Shown here: piece after piece, positions 48,000 through 56,816 of the stretch
How the letters are laid out: every line of letters begins with the position of its first letter
Numbering within the stretch: the stretch's first letter is position 1
From: Alphaproteobacteria bacterium
GTDB lineage: Bacteria > Pseudomonadota > Alphaproteobacteria > CACIAM-22H2
Assembly (NCBI GenBank): GCA_036394195.1
Contig: DASWFO010000245.1
Span: 2,231-66,230 of the forward strand
DNA length: 64,000 nt
Direction of reading: 5' to 3'
The notes under the pieces: generated by a model
Seen by the model: only the letters and a program-made list of their open reading frames with translations
Told to the model about the DNA's origin: nothing
Databases searched by the model: none
Translations under genes and position numbers: made by a program

Positions 48000-48073
48000 A
48001 GCCGCTGCATGTCCTCTGCCGCCCTGTCGTACCGCAAAAACCATAACCGACCGCGCCAGACCGGGGGGTTCAT

Positions 48074-50227
48074 ATGCAAGGCATCGACATGCCGCAAGCC
48101 GTGGATCTCTCGACCATGGCCGCTATACTTCGCCGCTACTCCAAATCGGTCATCGTCGGCTCGGTGCTCGCCTGTTCCGGCATTGCCGCCACATTGAGCG
48201 CTATGCCAGACCGCTACACGGCCGAAGCTGTCCTTTCGGGGGAGAACACCCCCGGCGCCCTCCAGGATTTTGACGGCATCAGAATAGAGACCCGGACCGG
48301 TGCCGCACCAGGCACGGACTCCGAAGCTACGGTGATGCAGTCTGACGGCTTTTTATCGCGGCTACTGGCCGCGGTGGGATGGCAGCAGGTGCTGCAAGGC
48401 CATGACGAAGGTCGGTTGGCCGCATGGGCCACCCAAATCCACGCATGGATGGGCGACACCCAGCCGGACGCTCGTATCCGCGACGAGACCCGGGCATTCA
48501 AGACGCTGAAGAACAACCTCGCGGTTTTCGGCGATGAAAAATCGCCGGTCCTGAGAATTCGTTACACCGATGAGGACCCGACGCTCGCGGCAAACATCGT
48601 GAACGCCGCGGCCAAGCAATTGCTGGACGACCGCCGCTCGACACATGAAAGCCAATTGGCCGCCACAATCGGCGCATTGAACGAGCAAATCGACAAGGTC
48701 CATGCGCAAATAACTGCGGCCACAGAGCAGGCGTCACGGCTTCGGACCAACCTCAACTATTTCGCCACTCCCTCCGGGACCATTCTGGCGCAGCAGATCA
48801 CGGTCGCCACTCAAGCGGTGTCGGATGCGGCGGTTGCCGTCTCGACTGCGAATGCTCAGTACAGCGCGGCCGTCGCCAGCGTCGGCCCTCACCGGGACAA
48901 TCGGGCGCTCAACAATCTCGTGGACTCCCCGACGCTTCAGCGCTTGGTTTCGGAAGAGACGACGCTGCAGCACGATGACGCCGAGCTCGCAAGCTCGTTT
49001 GGAGAGCGCTACCCCGAGAGGCTCGAGATCAAGAGCCGGCTCGCGAATGTCGGCACTGCGATCCAGAGAGAGATTTCGCGCCAGCTTGCCGCATTGCGCC
49101 AAAGAGTCACGGAAGCGCAGCAACGTCAGGAAGCTCTCCAGGAGCGCCTGAACTCACTGCGCACCAAGACGGCTGAAGCCGGCCAAGTCGATCTGGCGAT
49201 CCAGATCAACGAGCGCCAGCTGGATGGGCTGCTCCATTCACAGAACGGTCTGGTCCGGCTGCTGCAACAACTCGAATTCGGCAACGCGGGCACTGACCGG
49301 CTGCACGTCGCATCCTGGGGAGTTCCCCCGGTGATGCCGTCGCAACCGCATCGATTGCTGGTCTTCGCGATCGGCTCGATCGTGATCGTCGGCCTCGCCT
49401 TCACCATCGCCGTCGCATATGCCGTCGCCACGCGAAAGTGCATGACCCTGGCCGGTGTGCGAGCGGCGGGTTTGGCGCTTGAGGTTTTCACCCTGCCGGT
49501 CATACGGCGATCGCGCCGGCGGCAGCTATTGGGGAATCCGAGACGAGGACGCTGGCTCGACCGTTGTCTCATGCGCCGCATCCGCGATATCGCGCTTTGG
49601 ATGACGACTGAAAAGGGTGCGCAGCCGATCACCGTCGCCGTGAGTTCGCTTTACCCTGGGGAGGGCAAGACGACGTTATCGCTGTTGCTCGCGTACGGCT
49701 TCGCGTCCATGGGGCGTCGTGCGCTGGTGCTCGATTGTGATCAGTGCAGCAACGGCGCGACGAAGCGCTTGGCGGCGATCGCCTCGACCGACTCACCGAC
49801 CCCGCCGGCCCTGTACGACGATCCGAACGACGGCGCGACAATACGGCATACCCGTTGCGACGGCTTGTCCTACGCCACGGCAAGCAAGAAAGTCTGCCAG
49901 ATGGCCTTCACCGGCGATACGTCGGAATTGCGGCGCTGCCTCGAGAGATTGCACGCTGAATTCGACGTCATCGTCATCGATATGCCGCCCGTGGCGCCCG
50001 TGACCGAGGCGATCAACCTGACGCCGTTGAGCACATTCCGTCTTCTTGTCACGGATTGGAAGAGCGCCAGGTTCGACCGCCTGGCCAGCGTCCGGGCGCT
50101 CTTTGAGCGCTATCACTCGACAATAGATGTCATCGTGTTCAATCGGTGTTCCGATGACCGGGATGCCCGGCGGGCGCTGCGCCGTTCAGGTTACGACCCC
50201 GAAGAACGCATTTTCCGGGCGGCCTGA
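48074..50227 (+). CDS. polysaccharide co-polymerase (PCP-2a, ExoP/Wzc/GumC-like) with C-terminal P-loop ATPase domain
   Basis: 717 aa. N-terminal Wzz-like TM (VIVGSVLACSGIAATL), long coiled-coil periplasmic region and a second TM (LLVFAIGSIVIVGLAFTIAVAYAVA). C-terminal Walker A PGEGKTT, A-prime LVLDCD and B DVIVIDMPPV. Confidence 0.8.
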   Translation: MQGIDMPQAVDLSTMAAILRRYSKSVIVGSVLACSGIAATLSAMPDRYTAEAVLSGENTPGALQDFDGIRIETRTGAAPGTDSEATVMQSDGFLSRLLAAVGWQQVLQGHDEGRLAAWATQIHAWMGDTQPDARIRDETRAFKTLKNNLAVFGDEKSPVLRIRYTDEDPTLAANIVNAAAKQLLDDRRSTHESQLAATIGALNEQIDKVHAQITAATEQASRLRTNLNYFATPSGTILAQQITVATQAVSDAAVAVSTANAQYSAAVASVGPHRDNRALNNLVDSPTLQRLVSEETTLQHDDAELASSFGERYPERLEIKSRLANVGTAIQREISRQLAALRQRVTEAQQRQEALQERLNSLRTKTAEAGQVDLAIQINERQLDGLLHSQNGLVRLLQQLEFGNAGTDRLHVASWGVPPVMPSQPHRLLVFAIGSIVIVGLAFTIAVAYAVATRKCMTLAGVRAAGLALEVFTLPVIRRSRRRQLLGNPRRGRWLDRCLMRRIRDIALWMTTEKGAQPITVAVSSLYPGEGKTTLSLLLAYGFASMGRRALVLDCDQCSNGATKRLAAIASTDSPTPPALYDDPNDGATIRHTRCDGLSYATASKKVCQMAFTGDTSELRRCLERLHAEFDVIVIDMPPVAPVTEAINLTPLSTFRLLVTDWKSARFDRLASVRALFERYHSTIDVIVFNRCSDDRDARRALRRSGYDPEERIFRAA

Positions 50228-50355
50228 TTGCTCCGACGAACCCGCCAAATTCAACGATCTGTCACTCCATCATGCCCGGTAGATCCAATGTATTCGTGCC
50301 GTGCCGCAGGAGAGCGGAGCAGTTGATGACACACTACTGCGCGCGGAGCTGATGC

Positions 50356-51417
50356 ATGCATGTCGGACTGATCTGTGGATCCATTCCGTCGGTCCGGTGC
50401 GGCGTCGCGGATTATTCCCGCCTCCTAGCGGATGCATTGGAAGTTGCAGGCATCCGGATCACTCGGCTCGACGGCTCGGATTGGTCCTTGCGCGCGCTGC
50501 ACAGGATGCTGAAGCGCGCGGATCGACAGGGCTGTGACGCTCTGCACATCCAATATCCGGCGATGGGATTTGGCTGGAGCCTCGTTCCGCATGCGATCGG
50601 CTATTTTGCACGCGTGCCGACCGTCGTCACTCTTCACGAGTTCGATCTTTCCGTGTTGCCGCGCAAAATCTCCATCGCGGCGTTCGCGGGTGGCGTGCGG
50701 CATTTGGTGTTCACCACGGACCGCGAGCGCGCGGCATTCGTGCGGCGAATGAGCTGGGTGTCACCGCGCACATCGATCGTTCCGATTGGCAGCAACGTTC
50801 CCTTCCTTGCTCCATGTCCTCCGACGGAGCCGGTCATTGCCTGTTTCGGTCAGGTCAAAGCGAACCGCGGCTGGGAAGCGTTCATCGAGCTTGCCCGGCA
50901 CGCCCAGGCGGGCGGCCGCAATTACCGGTTTCGGATGATCGGCAGTGCCATTCCGGGGCAACAGGAGTACCTCGCGACGCTGCGGCGAAGCACCGCGAAC
51001 TTGCCTATCGATTGGCAACTCGACATGGCGCCCGATCGCGTCGCCGTCGCGCTCTCGACGGCAACGCTGGCCTATCTTCCCTATCCCGACGGCGTTTCCG
51101 CGCGCCGAGGGAGCCTTCTGGCGGCGATGGGAAACGGGCTGCCGATCGTGACCTCGTCAGGTGCGGCGTGCCCACCCGAGCTCAAAGAGATCGTACACCT
51201 CGTACACGGCACCTCCGAGGCGCTTGGCCGGGTCGATGCCATCGTTCGGGCCCCGGCTCTGGCGCGAAGAATGCGCCGCGCGGGCACGACCTTCGCCGCT
51301 CGCTTCGGATGGGATTCGATTGCGCAGAAGCACGCCGCGATTTACGAGCGCGTGCTTCGCCGCTCGTCACCGCCTGCCTCGGAAGAAACCAGACCCTACG
51401 ACGTCTCATGTCACTGA
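50356..51417 (+). CDS. glycosyltransferase family 4 (GT-B, group 1)
   Basis: 353 aa; CGVADYSRLLADAL N-terminus and a C-terminal E..G......A...G.P.V-type region (LLAAMGNGLPIVTS). Confidence 0.75.
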   Translation: MHVGLICGSIPSVRCGVADYSRLLADALEVAGIRITRLDGSDWSLRALHRMLKRADRQGCDALHIQYPAMGFGWSLVPHAIGYFARVPTVVTLHEFDLSVLPRKISIAAFAGGVRHLVFTTDRERAAFVRRMSWVSPRTSIVPIGSNVPFLAPCPPTEPVIACFGQVKANRGWEAFIELARHAQAGGRNYRFRMIGSAIPGQQEYLATLRRSTANLPIDWQLDMAPDRVAVALSTATLAYLPYPDGVSARRGSLLAAMGNGLPIVTSSGAACPPELKEIVHLVHGTSEALGRVDAIVRAPALARRMRRAGTTFAARFGWDSIAQKHAAIYERVLRRSSPPASEETRPYDVSCH

Positions 51418-52793
51418 CGCCCATTGGTGCCATCGCCATCCTGTTTGCCGGATACGCACTGACGTGCAGTCCCGCGTGGTCCTATTATGCCGCCGTTTTT
51501 TTCATGGGATTTTCCGGCTGTGCACTGGTGAACGTGGGCGGCTCCTTCGGGCTGGGGCTCTCGTTGTTCTTCTTCTTGTGCTACGCCGTGGCGCTCAACT
51601 GGGGTCGTGACAGCGGGCGAATGATTGCCTGGGTGAGAGATCAGATCTTCCCGCTGTGTCTCACGGTGCTGCTAGCGTTATCGGTGTTAATCTCTCTTTG
51701 CCCACCGGCTCTGAAAGGGGAGATGCTCTCAATCACCGTCTCGATTTCGGTTTTCATGGGCGTTGGCCTGGTTCTGACTTGGCTTACGGTTGCATTCGTC
51801 CACTCGGAGCGCCGCTTGCTGACAGTTCTCCATGTGGAATTCGTCTCCGTCGTGTTCATCTCGGCCTGGGGAGGCCTTCAGCTCGCCTGCGTGCTGCTGC
51901 ACATCCCTTATCCCAGCGCTATCTTCAACAACAGCGCCAGCCATTCTGCGTTGCTGTACGGTGCTGGGACGTCGGGCAGTTACGTTCGGATCGGATCGGT
52001 CGCCGTCGAGCCATCGGTCCTCGTGCAGTCCATCGGCATCCCCTTCTCTATCGCGGCCACGCTCCTCTACATGGGCGTATCGGAACTCCGACGGTGGAGT
52101 ATCGCCACGGTCGTGGCAGGGTCCTTCGCGATTCTCTTCTCAACGTCGACGACGGGCTATTTCGGAACTCTGCTACTGCTGGCACTCTTACTTGTGGAAC
52201 GCCCCCGGCGCATCCTCAGTCTCGTCCCTGCGGTCGTTGCCGGGGCTGCCGGGATGGTGCTCCTTGTTCCCGACCTCGCCGACGCGATCATCGAGACAAC
52301 GATCACGAAACCACAGTCGTGGTCATTCGTACACCGTTTTGATTCCATCAGGAGCGGACTCGAGATCTTCCTGGCGAACCCGATCACCGGCGGTGGTACC
52401 GACAAGGAGCCAGCGAAGAGCTTGCCCGTGTTCCTCCTTGCGAACCTCGGCCTCGTCGGCGCGATCGTCTTCGGTGCGCTGATGGTAAACCTCGTTGCCG
52501 GACTGATCTCGCTTCGGACGCGACTGCGGTTTCAGGCGGAAGCCGGCCAATCGAAGCATGCCCGGTTTTGGATGGCCTTCTGCCTTGGCCTCTTGAATGC
52601 GCTCATCGTGTCGTTGGCCATGCAGTGTGTCGCCGGCGCCACGTACGCTTTTCCGGACTTTTGGGTCCTGCTCGGACTGATTATTGCGACGCAGCGAGCG
52701 GTCGATGCCCATCGTGCGGTCACTCCATCGCGGCCAACGGCCTGGTTCCAGCGGATCGATGCCGCGCAACTCCAAGGCGGCGAGGCGACCTGA
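51408..52793 (+). CDS. O-antigen polymerase/ligase family (Wzy-like) integral membrane protein
   Basis: In-frame ATG at 51408 overlaps the GT4 stop (ATGTCACTGA). ~11-12 TM helices and a Wzy_C-like loop (HRFDSIRSGLEIFLANPITGGG). The upstream part of track ORF 50814..52793 lies inside GT4 and was rejected. Confidence 0.75.
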   Translation: MSLTPIGAIAILFAGYALTCSPAWSYYAAVFFMGFSGCALVNVGGSFGLGLSLFFFLCYAVALNWGRDSGRMIAWVRDQIFPLCLTVLLALSVLISLCPPALKGEMLSITVSISVFMGVGLVLTWLTVAFVHSERRLLTVLHVEFVSVVFISAWGGLQLACVLLHIPYPSAIFNNSASHSALLYGAGTSGSYVRIGSVAVEPSVLVQSIGIPFSIAATLLYMGVSELRRWSIATVVAGSFAILFSTSTTGYFGTLLLLALLLVERPRRILSLVPAVVAGAAGMVLLVPDLADAIIETTITKPQSWSFVHRFDSIRSGLEIFLANPITGGGTDKEPAKSLPVFLLANLGLVGAIVFGALMVNLVAGLISLRTRLRFQAEAGQSKHARFWMAFCLGLLNALIVSLAMQCVAGATYAFPDFWVLLGLIIATQRAVDAHRAVTPSRPTAWFQRIDAAQLQGGEAT

Positions 52794-53626
52794 TGCGACC
52801 CCCGAACAATATCGCCATCTATGATCGGAAGCAGAACGGCGCCTCCTCGCGTCGTTCGTACGCACTACCGAGCGCAAAGGAGCAACCTAATTACGCGACG
52901 CATATCGCGGTCGTGGATCCTCGTCCGGTTGCGCGCGAAATGATCGTCCAATGGATTCGCCGTCATCATCGTACACGAGCGGTCATGTCGTTCGAGACGG
53001 TCGGCAACCTGCTGACGGGAGGATCGAACCTTCAAAGCGCCGCCCTGGTCATCCTGGGCGGCTTTTTGCTGGAGGATGCGAGACACGGTTTGGACAAGGC
53101 GATCGAAGATCTGCTCGAACGACGCCCCACTCTTCCCGTCATCGTCATCGGCGATCGCGATGAGCCGAACCTGGCGAGAGCAGCATTACGAACGGGCGCC
53201 CGGGCCTATCTGCCGCTTACATCGGATTCCCAGGTCGCCACTGCCGCAATCAACCTCGTGCTGGCCGGAGGATCGTACGTTCCCCTCGCAGCCACGAGCG
53301 GTCTTGATCAAGCGACGCCGGACCTGCGGCGCCACCTTCCGGCGGGGGCGAACTCCGCTTCCGCGACGGACCTCAACGACCTTTGCACCACGAGTCCGTG
53401 CTGCAAGCAGGTTCGGCTGACACCGCGAGAAGCCGATGTGCTGCATCTTCTCCGGCAGGGCGAGCCGAACAAACAGATCGCCCGCCACCTCGGAATGCAC
53501 GAGAGCACCGTGAAGACGCACCTCAGTAATCTCATCCGGAAATTCGAGGTCAAGAACAGAACCGGCGTGGTTCTGCGAGCCGGTCAGATGGGCCTTCCCA
53601 CCGAACTCGCCGCCTCCAAGCACTAG
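52793..53626 (+). CDS. LuxR/FixJ-type regulator with degenerate (pseudo-)receiver domain
   Basis: ATG at 52793 overlaps the wzy stop (TGATG). C-terminal GerE HTH LTPREADVLHLLRQGEPNKQIARHLGMHESTVKTHLSNLIRKF. The receiver-like N-terminus has Gly where the phospho-acceptor Asp is expected (ALVILGG) and lacks the conserved Thr/Ser and Lys. Confidence 0.75.
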   Translation: MRPPNNIAIYDRKQNGASSRRSYALPSAKEQPNYATHIAVVDPRPVAREMIVQWIRRHHRTRAVMSFETVGNLLTGGSNLQSAALVILGGFLLEDARHGLDKAIEDLLERRPTLPVIVIGDRDEPNLARAALRTGARAYLPLTSDSQVATAAINLVLAGGSYVPLAATSGLDQATPDLRRHLPAGANSASATDLNDLCTTSPCCKQVRLTPREADVLHLLRQGEPNKQIARHLGMHESTVKTHLSNLIRKFEVKNRTGVVLRAGQMGLPTELAASKH

Positions 53627-53651
53627 CGTCGGCAGGCGATCGGGAGTCCCG

Positions 53652-55085
53652 ATGCAGAAGAGAACCGCACGGGCCTATTTCTGGGCGATCGTCGAGACCG
53701 GGAGCCGCCAGTGTCTCGGCATGGTTTTTTTCCTGATCCTGGCGCGTCTCCTGCCGCCCTACACATTGGGCCTCTTTGCCGCGGCAACCGTCAGCCTTGA
53801 TCTCGCAAAATGTTTCTTCGACGAACCCGTCGGTGAAGTTATCGTCCAGCGGCACCGCATTACTCGAGCGGAGGTGGATACTCTTTTCTGGACCCTTCTG
53901 CTTGTTGCAATCGCGATGTTGGGCGCGATCGACGCTGCCGCCGGCCTGCTCGCGAGCCTTTACCATGCACCCGAAATCATCGCCATCACGTGTGCGCTCT
54001 CGATTGCGACATTGATCGGCAGCCTGGCAACCGTGCCGCAGGCGCTGATCCGCCGTCGGATGGATTTTCGCTCGCTCGCGAATCGGCAGATGGCAGGCCA
54101 CATCCTGAGCGGCAGCGTGACAGTGGGAGCAGCCTTGCTGGGATGGGGCGTTTGGAGCCTGGTTGCCGGCCAAATCGTTGCGACGACGGTATGTACGATC
54201 CTTGTGTGGCGGGCCGTCAAATGGCGTCCCCGGCTTTCGGTCTCGGGGCGGGCACTCGTTTCAATGCTGCCCTATGCACGCAGCATCGTGCTGATCAGAT
54301 TGATCCAGACGGCGCGGGGTCAAATCGACAAGCTCCTGATTGGCGCCATGTTCGGAATGGAGGTCCTCGGCTTCTATGCCGTCGCCATCCGCATCGCCGG
54401 CGTCCTGACCGATGGCGTGCTCGGCGCATTCAATCAGGTCAACCTGGTTTCGCTCGCAAAGACGCAGCGCAGCGCTCTCTTCAACGAGCGGTTTTACGCG
54501 ATTCAGACCTTCACCGCCTTAGCCCTCGGTCCCGCTTATACCGCGCTGCTCACGAGTGGCGGAGAGCTTGTCAGCGGGTTGCTTGGCGGCGGGTGGCACG
54601 AAGCCGGGCGGCTGCTCCCGTGGCTCGCGATCAGCGGATGCTGTGCCGTCGTGTTCGATACCCACAGCGTCGCGTTTCGGTCTATTAACCGGCCATCTTG
54701 GGCCCTCGCGATGAGCGGCCTCTCGCTCGCGGCTGATGCGTTGCTCATTGTATTCGTCGGGCGCTGGAACATCCTCACGCTGGTCTCCGCCATCGCGATC
54801 AAGAATATCGCGGCCGCCGCACTCGTCACGCTGTTGGGGCACGCGACGCTCGGGACGCACGTCGCGATCTATGCCGCCCGACTGCTTCCGGTGCTGCTGG
54901 CGTGCGCCGCAATGGCTGCCGCGAGCGTCCTCGTTGAAAAGAGTCTTTCCGACCACGGCATCATGATTCGCGTCGGCGGCAGCCTTGGGGCCGGTGCGCT
55001 CGTCTACGTCGCGATTTCAGCGGCGGTGTTCCGCGACAGCCTGAAATCTCTGAGAGACTCCTATCTGGCGGCCACGCATGTGTGA
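53652..55085 (+). CDS. polysaccharide flippase (Wzx, MOP superfamily)
   Basis: 477 aa, ~12-14 TM helices; N-terminus AYFWAIVETGSRQCLGMVFFLILARLLPPYTLGLFA is typical of the polysaccharide biosynthesis protein family. Confidence 0.8.
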   Translation: MQKRTARAYFWAIVETGSRQCLGMVFFLILARLLPPYTLGLFAAATVSLDLAKCFFDEPVGEVIVQRHRITRAEVDTLFWTLLLVAIAMLGAIDAAAGLLASLYHAPEIIAITCALSIATLIGSLATVPQALIRRRMDFRSLANRQMAGHILSGSVTVGAALLGWGVWSLVAGQIVATTVCTILVWRAVKWRPRLSVSGRALVSMLPYARSIVLIRLIQTARGQIDKLLIGAMFGMEVLGFYAVAIRIAGVLTDGVLGAFNQVNLVSLAKTQRSALFNERFYAIQTFTALALGPAYTALLTSGGELVSGLLGGGWHEAGRLLPWLAISGCCAVVFDTHSVAFRSINRPSWALAMSGLSLAADALLIVFVGRWNILTLVSAIAIKNIAAAALVTLLGHATLGTHVAIYAARLLPVLLACAAMAAASVLVEKSLSDHGIMIRVGGSLGAGALVYVAISAAVFRDSLKSLRDSYLAATHV

Positions 55086-55142
55086 ACGCGCGGATTGCCT
55101 GACAGGCGGCTCCACCAGTCAGATCCCGTGAAGGAGGTTCCA

Positions 55143-55916
55143 ATGAGTGCCACGGTTCATCCGACCACAATGTCGTACAAGGAAATGGCCGGCCAGTGGG
55201 TTCCCCGGTGGCTGTACGAACTGACGCTCGGTCTCTTTCGAAATACTCACCGCACCTATAGCCAGTATGGCCAGGATGCGGTCTTGCTGTCCTACCTCAG
55301 ACGCCGGCACTGGGAGGCCGGTATCCCCACGGGGCTCGGCCGATATCTCGAGATCGGTTCGTTCCTCCCGGTCACGCATTCGAACACCTATGGCTTGTAC
55401 AGGCGGGGGTGGAGCGGCGTCACGGTGGAGGCCATGCCGCATACGGCGGCGGCGTTCAAGCTCCTACGGCCCAGGGATCGGCATCTCGCGCTCGCGGTCG
55501 CTCCGACAGCCGGGACACTCACGTTTTATCACTGGGGCGACGTCAACGGCTTCAACACCGCGTCCGAGGCGCAGGCTGAAATCGGGGCGCGTCAGCTGGG
55601 CAGGGAACCAGAGAAAATTACGGTGCGGGCGCAGACGCTTTCGCAGATCATCGACGATAATTGCGATCTGCTGCCGGAGATCGACCTATTGTCGATGAGC
55701 GTAGGAGGTGTCGATTTTGCCGTCCTTTCATCCAACGACTGGGACCGGCACCGCCCCAAGATCATCACGACCCAGGTATTCGAGGCGCACTGCGACCGCG
55801 CCGTCAGCTCCCCGACGTATCGTCTGCTGACGGACAAAGGCTATCGTCTCTATGCCTGGACACCGCCCTGCCTGATCTTCCTGCGAGGCGATCAGTTCCC
55901 GTTCAGAGGCAGCTGA
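55143..55916 (+). CDS. FkbM family methyltransferase
   Basis: ATG at 55143 with AGGAGG at 55131-55136. YSQYGQDAVLLSYL... and LLSMSVGGVDFAVL resemble Methyltransf_21/FkbM. Confidence 0.7.
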   Translation: MSATVHPTTMSYKEMAGQWVPRWLYELTLGLFRNTHRTYSQYGQDAVLLSYLRRRHWEAGIPTGLGRYLEIGSFLPVTHSNTYGLYRRGWSGVTVEAMPHTAAAFKLLRPRDRHLALAVAPTAGTLTFYHWGDVNGFNTASEAQAEIGARQLGREPEKITVRAQTLSQIIDDNCDLLPEIDLLSMSVGGVDFAVLSSNDWDRHRPKIITTQVFEAHCDRAVSSPTYRLLTDKGYRLYAWTPPCLIFLRGDQFPFRGS

Positions 55917-56773
55917 GCGCTGTCCTCGTGGCGCCGGGAGTCGCTGTCGCCGGCGCACGGGAAAATGGCGCATTCGCGCCTGTTGGCAATGGACCAGACA
56001 TTCTCGCCGACAAGGACGAAGTCTCGGTCGAGATCTGCGACCGCCCGAAGGAAGTTTCGGGCCGTGGCGCACCCGGTGAGCAGCCAATCATGAACCTCCA
56101 TGATGACAACGGGGAAGCTTGAGAGCCACTCAGTGTTCTTGGAGAACAGTTCCTTCTCTGCTCCTTCGATGTCGATCTTGCAGATGAACGGCTGAGAGTT
56201 CGAGTTGCTGTCGAGGATGTCTGCAACGGTGATCGCGTCGATGGCGCCATCACTGGCCGACTCGGTCCGATAACCCCAGGCTTCGTCTTCGGGGTTGACG
56301 ATCGTCATCCGCCCCCGCTCGCTGCCGATCGCCGCGTGAACCGCTGTGACGTCCGGCGCATTCCTTCGCAACATGTTGATATTGTCGCTGTCGGGCTCGA
56401 CCGCAACGATCCTGGCCCGAGGCCATGACTTGCGAAAATAAAGGCTGGCCAGTCCGATATTGGCCCCGAGGTCTATAACGAGGGGCTCTTGCATCGAGCG
56501 ATACAATCGCGCAATGGCGTGACGGTGCGGAATCTGATTGACGTTGTAGCTGCCCGCGAGGAAGACCTGCTCGAAACTCTCCAGATCGCTCGTGCCGGGC
56601 CTTAGATAGACGGGCGTGTTGAAAGCGCCGTTCCTGGCGACAACGTTGACCACTTCGATCCCCATTTGTCGGCGCCGCGGCCGGAATTTGAAGTCCCGGG
56701 CGCCGCGGTGTGGCCGCCGGTCGAGAAACATCTTGGCGAGCGTTTTCGGGCGCCGAATCACGTTTGGCTCCAC
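55892..56773 (-). CDS. FkbM family methyltransferase
   Basis: 293 aa (GTG start; alternative internal ATGs at 56731 and 56665). VIDLGANIGLASLYF (SAM motif I), RIVAVEPDSDN and ICKIDIEGAEKELF are classic FkbM motifs. Its 3-prime end overlaps the convergent FkbM gene by 25 nt. Confidence 0.8.
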   Translation of the reverse strand: MEPNVIRRPKTLAKMFLDRRPHRGARDFKFRPRRRQMGIEVVNVVARNGAFNTPVYLRPGTSDLESFEQVFLAGSYNVNQIPHRHAIARLYRSMQEPLVIDLGANIGLASLYFRKSWPRARIVAVEPDSDNINMLRRNAPDVTAVHAAIGSERGRMTIVNPEDEAWGYRTESASDGAIDAITVADILDSNSNSQPFICKIDIEGAEKELFSKNTEWLSSFPVVIMEVHDWLLTGCATARNFLRAVADLDRDFVLVGENVWSIANRRECAIFPCAGDSDSRRHEDSAQLPLNGN

Positions 56774-56816
56774 AAAGGCGCGGGGAGGCGATCGAATATC
56801 GAATCACACATGGCGT

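Noticed and set aside
50814-51407. 5-prime extensions of the track ORFs for wzy (50814..) and the LuxR regulator (52568..52792)
   Set aside because: They lie inside GT4 and wzy respectively in other frames and are Arg/Gly/Pro-rich. In-frame ATGs overlapping the upstream stop codons give sensible N-termini.
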